64,000 nt of DNA from assembly GCA_009694375.1 (NCBI GenBank), contig SHVB01000004.1, forward strand, positions 97,296 through 161,295, read 5' to 3'. Position numbers and translations under genes: made by a program. Below, in pieces: positions 17,961 through 28,396 of this stretch. The notes beneath the pieces were generated by a model. That model saw nothing but the letters and a program-made list of their open reading frames with translations. It did no database searches and had not been told where the DNA came from. The DNA is from Acidimicrobiia bacterium (GTDB taxonomy: Bacteria > Actinomycetota > Acidimicrobiia > Acidimicrobiales > VFJN01). The stretch's first letter is position 1. Every line of letters begins with the position of its first letter.

Positions 17961-19100
17961 GTGGGTCCGCTCCAAGGCATACGGGTGGTCGAGATTGCCG
18001 GGCTCGGTCCGGCCCCGTTCGCCTCGATGGTGCTCGCCGATCTCGGCGCCGAGGTGGTGCGCGTGGATCGAACCAACGCGGTGGGCGGAGATCCGAGAGC
18101 GGCCCGCTACGACATCTTGAGTCGGGGTCGACGATCAGTGGCGATTGATCTCAAGGCCGAGGGCGGCGCCGAGGTGATACTGCGCCTCATCGCCCAGGCC
18201 GACGTCCTCGTGGAGGGGTTCCGCCCCGGGGTGGCCGAGCGATTGGGCATCGGCCCGGAGGTATGCCTCGAGCGCAATCGGCGCCTTGTCTACGGCCGCA
18301 TGACCGGATGGGGACAGGACGGCCCCCTCTCGGCCACCGCTGGTCACGATCTCACGTACTCAGCGGTGGCGGGAGCGTTGGCGCACATCGGGCGGGCCGG
18401 TCAGCTGCCCACACCCCCCTTGAGCCTGGTAGCCGATTTCGGTGGCGGCGGGATGTTGCTCGCCCTGGGCGTGGTTTCGGCCCTTCTTCACGCCCAGCGC
18501 ACCGGGGAGGGACAGGTAGTAGATGCCGCCATGGTCGACGGCGTCGCGCTCTTGATGGCCCCGTTCTTTGGCGCCAACGCTATGGGTTACTGGTCTGACG
18601 AGCGGGGTACCAACCTGCTCGACTCGGGCGCACCGTTCTACGACGTCTACCGCTGTTCCGATGGGCTCGAACTGGCCGTCGGGGCCATCGAGCCCCCCTT
18701 CTTCGCCGCCTTGCTCGAGGTGCTGGATCTCGCCGCCGATGAGGTGCCCGATCAGAACGATCAGACCCAGTGGCCGCGCTTGCGCACGGTGCTGACCGAG
18801 GCCATCGGGAGTCGCTCGCGCCCGGAGTGGCTGCACCGCTCGGAGGGCCGCGACGCCTGCATCGCCCCGGTCTTGACGATGGGGGAGGCCCGGGAGCATC
18901 CGCATGTGGTGGCGCGGGGCACCATTGCCGCCCCCGATGGCGTTCCCCAGCCTGCGCCCGCCCCTCGGTTTTCTGCCACGCCGGCCGCCCTCGGTGCCCC
19001 TCCGGCGGTGCCGGGTCAGCACACCGATGCCGTGCTGGCCGACTGGGGGTTCAGTCCTGACGAGCGCGACCGTCTGCGGGCGAACGGGGTCGTTGCCTGA
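17961..19100 (+). CDS. mcr: family III CoA-transferase, alpha-methylacyl-CoA racemase-like
   Basis: GTG 17961 directly after the upstream stop. N-terminus LQGIRVVEIAGLGPAPFASMVLADLGAEVVRVDR and RMTGWGQDGPL resemble Mcr/CaiB-type enzymes. Confidence 0.7.
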   Translation: MGPLQGIRVVEIAGLGPAPFASMVLADLGAEVVRVDRTNAVGGDPRAARYDILSRGRRSVAIDLKAEGGAEVILRLIAQADVLVEGFRPGVAERLGIGPEVCLERNRRLVYGRMTGWGQDGPLSATAGHDLTYSAVAGALAHIGRAGQLPTPPLSLVADFGGGGMLLALGVVSALLHAQRTGEGQVVDAAMVDGVALLMAPFFGANAMGYWSDERGTNLLDSGAPFYDVYRCSDGLELAVGAIEPPFFAALLEVLDLAADEVPDQNDQTQWPRLRTVLTEAIGSRSRPEWLHRSEGRDACIAPVLTMGEAREHPHVVARGTIAAPDGVPQPAPAPRFSATPAALGAPPAVPGQHTDAVLADWGFSPDERDRLRANGVVA

Positions 19101-19136
19101 GCGATTATTGGCATCTGACGGTGTGTTAGAAAGAAC

Positions 19137-19150
19137 TGGAACACGTTCTA
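19137..19150. promoter_or_regulatory. KstR-type operator (TGGAACACGTTCTA)
   Basis: Fits TnnAACnnGTTnnA. Lies 26 nt upstream of the ACAD start at 19176. Confidence 0.6.
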
Positions 19151-19175
19151 CTTCCCCGTCAGGAGGGCCACGACG

Positions 19176-20345
19176 ATGTATGTCGCCTACACCGATGATC
19201 AAGAGACCTTGCGTCATGAACTCCGGGAATATTTCTCAGACCTCATGACGCCTGAGGTGACGGCGGAGTGTGCCGAGGGCGAGACGGGCGGTCCGGCGTG
19301 TCTCGCCGCCGTGCGCAAGATGGGGGCCGATGGTTGGCTCGGAATCGGCTGGCCGGTGGAGTACGGGGGGCAGGGCCGCACCGATGTGGAGCAGTTCATC
19401 TTCATCAACGAAGCCTGGCGAGCCGGTGCGCCCATACCGTTTCTGACGATTAACACGGTTGGTCGCACGATCATGGACTACGGCTCGGAAGCCCAGAAGC
19501 AGTTCTTCTTGCCCAAGATCCTTGCCGGTGAACTGCATTTCTCCATCGGCTACACCGAGCCCAACGCCGGAACCGACCTCGCTTCCCTCACCACCAAAGC
19601 CGTGAAGGACGGCGATGAGTGGGTCATCAACGGGCAGAAGATCTACACCTCGCTGGCTAGCTACGCCGACTACATCTGGTTGGCAGCCCGCACCGATCCC
19701 GATGTGAAGAAGCACGCCGGAATCACGATTTTCCTCGTCCCTACCTCGGACCCGGGTTTCTCGTACTCGAAGATCGAAACGATGGTGAACGCCAGCACGT
19801 ATAACACCTTCTATGACGACGTCCGCGTGGGGGACGACGCCATCGTGGCGGATGTGAACAAGGGCTGGAACCTCATCGTGAACCAGCTGAACTACGAGCG
19901 GGTCTCCTTGGGTCCTCCCGGGACGGTGGAGCGGGTCTTTGACGAGGTTCGCCAGTGGGCGCAGGACACCAAACGGCCTGATGGGTCGAGGGTGGTGGAT
20001 CAAGAGTGGGTCCAGATCAGCCTGGCCCGCGTGCACGCCAAGTTGGAGTTTGTGAAGCTCATCAACTGGAAGGTGGCCGCCGCCGGTGGCGCCAATCCCG
20101 CCGATGCAAGCGCCACCAAGGTCTTTGCCACGGAGTTCTACACAGAGGCCTACCGCCTGTTGATGGAGATTCTTGGCCCCACTGCGTATTTGAGCAGCGG
20201 CTCCAGTGCCGCCATGCTCGCCGGGCGCCTAGAGCGTGCCTTCCAAGGCTGTCTGATTCTCACCTTCGGAGGCGGCGTAAATGAGGTGCAGCGGGACCTG
20301 ATCGCCCTATTCGGAGCGGGCCTGCCCCGCGTGCCGAGGCACTGA
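19176..20345 (+). CDS. acyl-CoA dehydrogenase (probable subunit of a heteromeric ACAD)
   Basis: ACAD N, middle and C domains. The C-terminal motif reads TFGGGVNEVQRD (no Glu at the YEG position). Confidence 0.9.
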   Translation: MYVAYTDDQETLRHELREYFSDLMTPEVTAECAEGETGGPACLAAVRKMGADGWLGIGWPVEYGGQGRTDVEQFIFINEAWRAGAPIPFLTINTVGRTIMDYGSEAQKQFFLPKILAGELHFSIGYTEPNAGTDLASLTTKAVKDGDEWVINGQKIYTSLASYADYIWLAARTDPDVKKHAGITIFLVPTSDPGFSYSKIETMVNASTYNTFYDDVRVGDDAIVADVNKGWNLIVNQLNYERVSLGPPGTVERVFDEVRQWAQDTKRPDGSRVVDQEWVQISLARVHAKLEFVKLINWKVAAAGGANPADASATKVFATEFYTEAYRLLMEILGPTAYLSSGSSAAMLAGRLERAFQGCLILTFGGGVNEVQRDLIALFGAGLPRVPRH

Positions 20346-20355
20346 GGAGTTTCGG

Positions 20356-21492
20356 ATGGACTTCACCTACAGCGACGAACAACAGGCGATTGCTGAGCTC
20401 AGCTATCGCATCCTGTCCGAGCAACTCCCCCCCGAGGTGCTACGCGACCTGGAACGAAGCGGCGAGTGGTTTGCCGACGACGTGTGGTTGGCCCTCGCCA
20501 AGGCCGACCTACTCGGCATCGCCCTGCCCGAGGCCGATGGGGGCGGCGGTTACGGCCTCATCGAGGCGTGTGTGATTGCCCAGCAAATCGGCCGCACCGT
20601 GGCGCCGGTGCCGTACCTGGCCACCATCGTGGCGGCGGCGATGCCCCTGGCGCACTTCGGCTCCGACGAGCAACGCAAGCGGTTCTTGCCCTCGGTCATC
20701 GATGGCTCGGTCACCCTGTCTTTCGCCCTGTATGAGCCCGAAGATGTGGACGTGCCTGTGCTCCCGGCGACCCGGGCGATGCCTGAGGGTTCGGGCTGGC
20801 GGCTCGACGGGGAGAAGTCGTTGGTGGTGGGGGCCAACCGTGCCGCCGTCATGCTCGTGCCGGCGCGCACCGGCGAGACCACCTCGGCGGTTTTTCTCGT
20901 GGACCCGCAGGCGGCGGGCGTATCTCTCCAGCGGGAGACGGCGGTCACGGGAGAACCCCAGTGGGGGGTTCAGCTCGACGGAGTACTGGTGGATGCTGAC
21001 GACCGGCTCGGCGAAGCGGACCAGGGAAAGCAGATTGTCGACTGGACGTCCGCCCGCTGGGCGGCGGCCATTTGTGCCACCCAAACGGGTGTCTGTGAGG
21101 AGGCGCTGGCCATCACCGCCAAGTACGTGTCGGAGCGCGAGCAGTTTGGCAGCAAACTCGGCACCTTCCAGGCGGTGGGTCAGCGAGTAGCCGATGCCTA
21201 CATCGACACCGAGGCCATCCGTCTCACCGCCATCCAAGCCATCTGGCGACTCTCTGAAGGTCTCGAGGCTGATGACGAGCTCATGACGGCAAAGTTCTGG
21301 GCCGCCGATGGAGGTCAGCGGGTGGTGCACGCCGCCCAGCACCTCCACGGGGGCATCGGAGTGGATCTCGACTACCCGATCCATCGCTACTTTCGCTGGG
21401 CCAAAGTGCTCGAACTTACCCTCGGTGGTGCCACGGCGTCGTTGCAACGCCTCGGCATGAATTTAGCGGCCCACCCGGTCGCTGGGTCCTGA
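20356..21492 (+). CDS. acyl-CoA dehydrogenase-family protein (probable partner subunit)
   Basis: ACAD fold starting 10 nt after the previous gene. The C-terminal motif is degenerate (LTLGGATASLQR). Confidence 0.85.
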   Translation: MDFTYSDEQQAIAELSYRILSEQLPPEVLRDLERSGEWFADDVWLALAKADLLGIALPEADGGGGYGLIEACVIAQQIGRTVAPVPYLATIVAAAMPLAHFGSDEQRKRFLPSVIDGSVTLSFALYEPEDVDVPVLPATRAMPEGSGWRLDGEKSLVVGANRAAVMLVPARTGETTSAVFLVDPQAAGVSLQRETAVTGEPQWGVQLDGVLVDADDRLGEADQGKQIVDWTSARWAAAICATQTGVCEEALAITAKYVSEREQFGSKLGTFQAVGQRVADAYIDTEAIRLTAIQAIWRLSEGLEADDELMTAKFWAADGGQRVVHAAQHLHGGIGVDLDYPIHRYFRWAKVLELTLGGATASLQRLGMNLAAHPVAGS

Positions 21493-21565
21493 GTAGTCTC
21501 CAGCGCGAGAATGTTGCGTTCCGTTCCGGCCAATGCCCGCATACTGCTCCCAGGGGGGATCACCC

Positions 21566-22915
21566 ATGAGATACGTCCGAGGTTGTTCAGCGCTGGTAGC
21601 GCTCCTGTTGTTGGCTGGAGCCTGCGGGCGTAGCGACGATAACGCCAATCCAAACGACGCTGATCCCACCAGCACGACCGCCGGTGCCGATGGCGACACC
21701 CTGTTAGCCAATGGCGGGTTCGGCGATCTGGTGGCCATCTGTGAGAAGGGCGATGCCACCGGGGCCACCGCTCAGGGTGTGACCGACACCGAGATTCACG
21801 TCGGTACCGTCTCGGACAAGGGCGGCCCCGTGGCGGGCCTCAACGAGGAGATGTACGACACGTCGGTCGCCTTCGTGAAGTGGTGCAACGAGAAGGGCGG
21901 CATCAACGGACGCAAACTGGTACTCGACGACATCGACGCCAAACTGTTCGAATATGAGGCCGCCATCACTGCGGCCTGCGAAAAGGATTTTGCCGTGGTG
22001 GGCGGTGGGGCGGTATTCGACAATGACCCGAATGGCGTGCGGGTGGCGTGCGGGATGCCCAACATCCCTTCCTACGTGGTCTCGAAGGAGGCCCGGGGTG
22101 CGGAACTGCAGGTGCAGCCGGTGCCGAATCCGTTGGACCGTATTGGGGCGGGTCGCTATCATGCCGTGAAGCAGCAGTACCCCGATGCGCTCAGCCACTA
22201 CGGGATCATGGCGAGCAATCTTCCGTCGGTCCTCCTGGTGCGCGACCAACTCCTTTCGGTGGCAAAAGACAATGGATTCAAGGTCGATTACAACGTGCTG
22301 TATGCCCCCACCGGTGAGACCGGCTGGGACAACTTCGCTCAGGAAATCAAGGCCAAGGGGATCAAGATCCTCGAGTACGTCGGCCAGCCTTCGGATGTGA
22401 AACTCCTCAACCAGGCCTTCAAGACCGCCGGGTATTACCCCGACGTGCTCATGCTGAGCACGAACTTCTACGACAAAAATTACGCCGCCGAGGCTGGTGC
22501 CTTCGCCGGAAATGTCTACATCCAGTCGGGCTACCACCCCTTTGAACTGGCTAAGGACAACAAGGCCACCCAGGACTTCCTCGACCTGATGAAGCAGTAC
22601 AACCCCGATGGCAAGGTGGCCGTCCTGGGCACCCAGGGACTCTCGGCCTGGTTGCTCTTCGCCCGGGCCGCCAGCGCCTGTGGGTCTGAACTCACCACGA
22701 CGTGTCTGATCAAGAACGCCGGGGCGACTCCATTATGGACCGGCGGCGGCCTGCATGCCCCTCAAACGCCGGGAAATACCGAGCCGTCGCCCTGCTTCTT
22801 GATCCTCAATCTGGACAAGGATGGGTTCAGCTACAACGAGAAGGCCACCGCTCCCACCGCCGGCGACAGCCTGTACAACTGCGATCCGAAGAACGTTGCG
22901 GACGTGAGTAGCTGA
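21566..22915 (+). CDS. ABC transporter substrate-binding lipoprotein (LivJ/branched-chain amino-acid-binding family)
   Basis: ATG 21566 gives the signal peptide MRYVRGCSALVALLLLAGACG. Type I periplasmic-binding-fold length and composition. Confidence 0.8.
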   Translation: MRYVRGCSALVALLLLAGACGRSDDNANPNDADPTSTTAGADGDTLLANGGFGDLVAICEKGDATGATAQGVTDTEIHVGTVSDKGGPVAGLNEEMYDTSVAFVKWCNEKGGINGRKLVLDDIDAKLFEYEAAITAACEKDFAVVGGGAVFDNDPNGVRVACGMPNIPSYVVSKEARGAELQVQPVPNPLDRIGAGRYHAVKQQYPDALSHYGIMASNLPSVLLVRDQLLSVAKDNGFKVDYNVLYAPTGETGWDNFAQEIKAKGIKILEYVGQPSDVKLLNQAFKTAGYYPDVLMLSTNFYDKNYAAEAGAFAGNVYIQSGYHPFELAKDNKATQDFLDLMKQYNPDGKVAVLGTQGLSAWLLFARAASACGSELTTTCLIKNAGATPLWTGGGLHAPQTPGNTEPSPCFLILNLDKDGFSYNEKATAPTAGDSLYNCDPKNVADVSS

Positions 22916-25051
22916 GTGGACCAATTCCTCAGCCTGACCGTGCTGGGGGTGTGCACGGCATCCATCTTTGCCCTGGCCGCCAGTGGGTTGGTGCTGACGT
23001 ACACCACCACCGGGATTTTCAATTTTTCCCACGGTGCCATCGGCATGCTCGGAGCGTTCGCGTACTGGCAGATCCATGACGACTGGGGTTGGCCCACCCC
23101 GATCGCGCTGGTCCTGGTGCTTGGGGTGCTGGCCCCCCTCCTCGGGATGGGCATCGAGCGAGGCATCATGCGCTTTCTCACCGATGCCCCTGAGACGGTG
23201 CGCATCGTGGTCACCATCAGCCTGCTGGTGACGCTGTTGGGGGTGGGATTCTGGCTGTGGCCCGCGGAGGAACCCCATCCCGCCTCCCTGCTCTTCGGCG
23301 GCGAGAGTTTCACGCTGTTCAAGGTGGGGATCACCTACCACCGGGCGAGCGGGGTAATCCTGGGTATTTTAGTGGCCCTGGGCCTTCGGGTACTCCTTTA
23401 TCGCACGCGGGTGGGCCTGGATATGCGGGCGGCGGTGGACAGTCGTTCCCTCGCCATGCTCAACGGGGCTCGGCCCGATCGGTCCGCTTCCCTGGCCTGG
23501 GCCATCGGCTGTTCCACGGCGGCCTTAGCGGGAATTCTGATCGCCCCGGCCCTCTCGCTCAACCACATCTCGCTTACGCTGCTCATCGTCAGTGCCTACG
23601 CGGCGGCCATGATCGGCCGCCTGCGTAGTCTGCCGATGACCTTTGTAGGGGCCTTGATCTTGGGTCTGGCCGACTCGTACGCCATCGGCTACATCCCCAC
23701 GACTAACGCCTATTTCTCGGCCTTCCGGTTCGCCATTCCGGCACTGTTGCTGTTTATTGTGTTGCTGGTCCTGCCCAATCCGCAGTTGCGGAGCCGATCC
23801 ATCCGGGCCTCCAAGGAAGCCATTCCGCGCACGCCGTGGAAAAACGCCTTCGCCATGGCGGCCGCCATTGTGATGGTGGCGGTGGTTCTGGCCAATGTGC
23901 TGGGCGACGCCGACTCCCTCCGGGTGGCCAAGATTTTTGGGATCGCCTTGATCGCGCTGTCCTTGGTGCCGCTCACCGGTTTTGGGGGCCAGATCTCGTT
24001 GTGCCAAATGAGTTTCGCAGGGATCGGTGCGATCGTGATGGCGCATCACGGCCAGGCGGGCCAACCGCTGGCCCTCGTGTTCGTGGCAATGATCTGCTGC
24101 GTGGTCGGCGGCCTCGTGGCCCTGCCCGCCCTGCGACTGTCGGGGATCTACCTGGCGCTGTGCACCGCCGCGTTCGCTCTCTTTCTTGATGTCTGGGTGT
24201 TCCGGCTGCCGGCGTTCGACCTCGGGCTATGGAACATCAAGTTCTTCGATCTTGGCATCATCGCCGTGAAGCCAGTGAACGTCCCCGGGGTCAACGATTC
24301 GTCGAACGCCGCGCAACTCGTGGTGCTTTCGGTGGTGTTCGCGCTGTTTTATCTCCTCGTGGTGGTGGTGCGGCACAGCAGATTTGGTGAGCGGCTGATG
24401 GCGATGAAGGACAGTCCGGCGGCCTGCGCCACGCTGGGACTGGATGTCACCCGGTTGAAGTTGGCCGTGTTCGGCCTCTCGGCGGCCATGGCCGGGGTGG
24501 GGGGCGCCCTGTTCGCCGGCACTCAGGGTTCGGTAAGTCCGGATCGCTTCTCACTGTTCGAAAGCCTGCCGCTTCTGCTCCTGGCGGTCGTGGGCGGCAT
24601 CGGGACCGCCGCCGGTGCCCTGTTTGCTGGGCTCATCCTCGGCGGGCTACCCATCATCATTGGCATCTGGCCCGCCTTGGCCAGCCTGAATCGTCTCCTC
24701 CCGGGCACGATGGGCGTGGCCCTGGGTCGGAATCCCAACGGTGCTGTTCACGACATGAGTGCCCGCTACCGAGTGCTGTTGGGCGTGCCCAGCCTGCTGG
24801 CCGGCCTCGTGGCGGCCCTCACAGCGGCATCGGCTCTGGCGATGGCCGGTGTCATCTCCGGATGGGGGCTCACCTTCGCAGGGGTTTTGGCGCTAGCGGT
24901 GTTCCCCCCGGCCGCCGAGTTTGTGGTGGCCCGCCGCCGCCCCGACACCGCCGCCCCGGCGTTGGAGTGGGCTGGAATCGATGGTCCCTTCACCGGCGAG
25001 GATCTCGAGCGCGTGAATGAGGGGCTGCATCTCGAGGAGGTCTCGGTATGA
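22916..25051 (+). CDS. fused LivH-LivM type ABC permease
   Basis: 711 aa, very hydrophobic. The N-terminal half is LivH-like and the C-terminal half LivM-like, followed by a cytoplasmic tail. Confidence 0.85.
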   Translation: MDQFLSLTVLGVCTASIFALAASGLVLTYTTTGIFNFSHGAIGMLGAFAYWQIHDDWGWPTPIALVLVLGVLAPLLGMGIERGIMRFLTDAPETVRIVVTISLLVTLLGVGFWLWPAEEPHPASLLFGGESFTLFKVGITYHRASGVILGILVALGLRVLLYRTRVGLDMRAAVDSRSLAMLNGARPDRSASLAWAIGCSTAALAGILIAPALSLNHISLTLLIVSAYAAAMIGRLRSLPMTFVGALILGLADSYAIGYIPTTNAYFSAFRFAIPALLLFIVLLVLPNPQLRSRSIRASKEAIPRTPWKNAFAMAAAIVMVAVVLANVLGDADSLRVAKIFGIALIALSLVPLTGFGGQISLCQMSFAGIGAIVMAHHGQAGQPLALVFVAMICCVVGGLVALPALRLSGIYLALCTAAFALFLDVWVFRLPAFDLGLWNIKFFDLGIIAVKPVNVPGVNDSSNAAQLVVLSVVFALFYLLVVVVRHSRFGERLMAMKDSPAACATLGLDVTRLKLAVFGLSAAMAGVGGALFAGTQGSVSPDRFSLFESLPLLLLAVVGGIGTAAGALFAGLILGGLPIIIGIWPALASLNRLLPGTMGVALGRNPNGAVHDMSARYRVLLGVPSLLAGLVAALTAASALAMAGVISGWGLTFAGVLALAVFPPAAEFVVARRRPDTAAPALEWAGIDGPFTGEDLERVNEGLHLEEVSV

Positions 25052-25764
25052 CCGCCCTGGAGGTGAAAGGTGTGAGCGTGAAATTCGGGGGCAGGATGGC
25101 GCTCACCGACGTCGACTTCAGCGCGACGGCCGGAACGGTTACCGGACTTATCGGTCCGAACGGTGCCGGGAAGACCACGTTGTTCAATGTCATCTGCGGC
25201 CTCCAGGCCCCCACGGCGGGTCAGGTCGCCATCGAGGGTGTCGACGTGACCCGTCTGCCGCCGTTCAAACGGGCCCGCCGGGGCCTAGCCCGCACCTTCC
25301 AGCGTCTCGAACTATTCGGACTCCTCACGGTGCGCGAGAACATCTACTTGGGGGCGTCGGTGGCGAAGCGGCCCCAGCCCGACGCGGTGGTGGCGGGTCT
25401 GATCGATCAGCTTGGCCTGTCGGCGGTAGGCGATGAGCGCACCGATCGACTCCCCACCGGTCAGGCCCGGGTGGTGGAGTTGGCTCGCGCCCTCGCCACC
25501 AGCCCTAAGGTGCTGCTGCTCGACGAACCCGCCAGCGGTCAGGATGAGCGGGAGACGGCGGCGTTTCGCATCGTTGTGCAGCAGGTGGCCGAGGGAGGGG
25601 TGGCGATCGTGCTGGTGGAGCACGACGTCCAACTGGTGATGGACGTGTGTAGCGCCATCCATGTGCTGGATTTGGGCAACGTCCTGGCCAGTGGGTCCCC
25701 GGCGGAGGTCCAGCAGGATCCGGCGGTTTTGGCCGCCTACCTCGGTTCGGTACCCCATGAGTGA
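25048..25764 (+). CDS. ABC transporter ATP-binding protein (LivG-like)
   Basis: Walker A GPNGAGKTT, ABC signature region, Walker B LLLDEPASG. Confidence 0.92.
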   Translation: MTALEVKGVSVKFGGRMALTDVDFSATAGTVTGLIGPNGAGKTTLFNVICGLQAPTAGQVAIEGVDVTRLPPFKRARRGLARTFQRLELFGLLTVRENIYLGASVAKRPQPDAVVAGLIDQLGLSAVGDERTDRLPTGQARVVELARALATSPKVLLLDEPASGQDERETAAFRIVVQQVAEGGVAIVLVEHDVQLVMDVCSAIHVLDLGNVLASGSPAEVQQDPAVLAAYLGSVPHE

Positions 25765-26470
25765 GCTCCTGTTGGAGGTGCGAGGTCTTCGAGCGAGTTA
25801 CGGCTCCATCGAGGTGCTCCACGGGATCGACCTAGAGGTGCCGGTGGGTTCCGTCGTGGCCGTACTGGGCCCCAACGGCGCCGGCAAAACAACGTTGCTG
25901 TCGGTGCTCGCCGGGCTCCATCCCGCCAGCGCCGGCGATGTGGTGCTGGGCGGTCGGCGGGTGAATGGAGCCCGGGCGGATTACCTTGCCCGGGCGGGGT
26001 TGTGTTTGGTCCCCGAGGGGCGAGGGATTTTTCCCAACCTCACGGTGCACGAACATCTGCGCATGGTCACCCATTCCGGACGGCCGCTGGCGGAGATCGA
26101 GGCGGAGACCTACGAGAGGTTCCCGCGCTTGTCCGAACGCCGGAGTCAGGTGGCCGGGACCCTGTCGGGAGGGGAGCAGCAGATGTTGGCCCTGGCCCGA
26201 GGACTCGCCGCTCGCCCGGGTCTGTTGATGCTCGACGAACTTTCGATGGGGCTCGCACCGCTCATCGTAGAAGAGCTTTATGCCCAGGTGGTTGCGATCG
26301 CCGCCACCGGCGTGTCGATCGTGGTGGTGGAGCAGTTTGCCAATGCCGTGCTCGGGGTGGCAGACATTGCGGCGGTGCTCGTTCATGGAAGTATCAAGAC
26401 CGTGGGAACACCGGCTGAAGTCGAGGTCGAGCTCGGTACGGCCTACCTTGGGGCCACCATCTCATCATGA
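25757..26470 (+). CDS. ABC transporter ATP-binding protein (LivF-like)
   Basis: ATG 25757 overlaps the upstream stop. Walker A GPNGAGKTT, signature LSGGEQQ, Walker B LMLDELSMG. Confidence 0.92.
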   Translation: MSELLLEVRGLRASYGSIEVLHGIDLEVPVGSVVAVLGPNGAGKTTLLSVLAGLHPASAGDVVLGGRRVNGARADYLARAGLCLVPEGRGIFPNLTVHEHLRMVTHSGRPLAEIEAETYERFPRLSERRSQVAGTLSGGEQQMLALARGLAARPGLLMLDELSMGLAPLIVEELYAQVVAIAATGVSIVVVEQFANAVLGVADIAAVLVHGSIKTVGTPAEVEVELGTAYLGATISS

Positions 26471-26504
26471 CCATCTCTCCTCAACCTTCCGGAGTTCAGT
26501 GACC

Positions 26505-26870
26505 ATGGACACCCAGCCCGACCGCATCGAGCAGTTCAAGGCCGACGTGGCCGAGATGAAAATCTCCGATCCGTCGGCGTCCCGGGACCAGATAGCCGCC
26601 CGGGTCGGGTTGGGGGCGATGGGGGTGGGCGTGGTCTTGCCGATCATCGCCTACGTGATGTCCCACGGCACCCAAAATGCTCTGGCCCAACGCGATGCCA
26701 TCATCCTGGCTCTCGTGGGGGTGGCGCTGGCGGCGGTGGGCGCGGCGTTTTATCTGAAGGGCACGATGACGTCGTTCTTGCGCTTCTGGCTGGTGCGGGA
26801 TCTCCATGAGCGCCGGGCCCAGACTGATCGCCTGTTGGCGGATCGCGAGCCACCTACCGCCAAGGGGTGA
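26505..26870 (+). CDS. small two-TM membrane protein, unknown function
   Basis: ATG 26505. Two hydrophobic helices (GAMGVGVVLPIIAYVM and IILALVGVALAAVGAAFYL). Confidence 0.5.
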   Translation: MDTQPDRIEQFKADVAEMKISDPSASRDQIAARVGLGAMGVGVVLPIIAYVMSHGTQNALAQRDAIILALVGVALAAVGAAFYLKGTMTSFLRFWLVRDLHERRAQTDRLLADREPPTAKG

Positions 26871-26904
26871 GCGGCCCCGACCGGATACCGGTCGGCACCG
26901 CTCA
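26868..26904. terminator. GC-rich hairpin between convergent genes (bidirectional terminator candidate)
   Basis: TGAGCGG-CC-CCGACCGG-ATA-CCGGTCGG-CA-CCGCTCA. Inner and outer arms are complementary. Confidence 0.6.
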
Positions 26905-26918
26905 CCGCGACGACGTCG

Positions 26919-28364
<1,446 letters not shown>

Positions 28365-28396
28365 CGCTGCGCTCCTTAGTAGTGGATGGTGAATTG

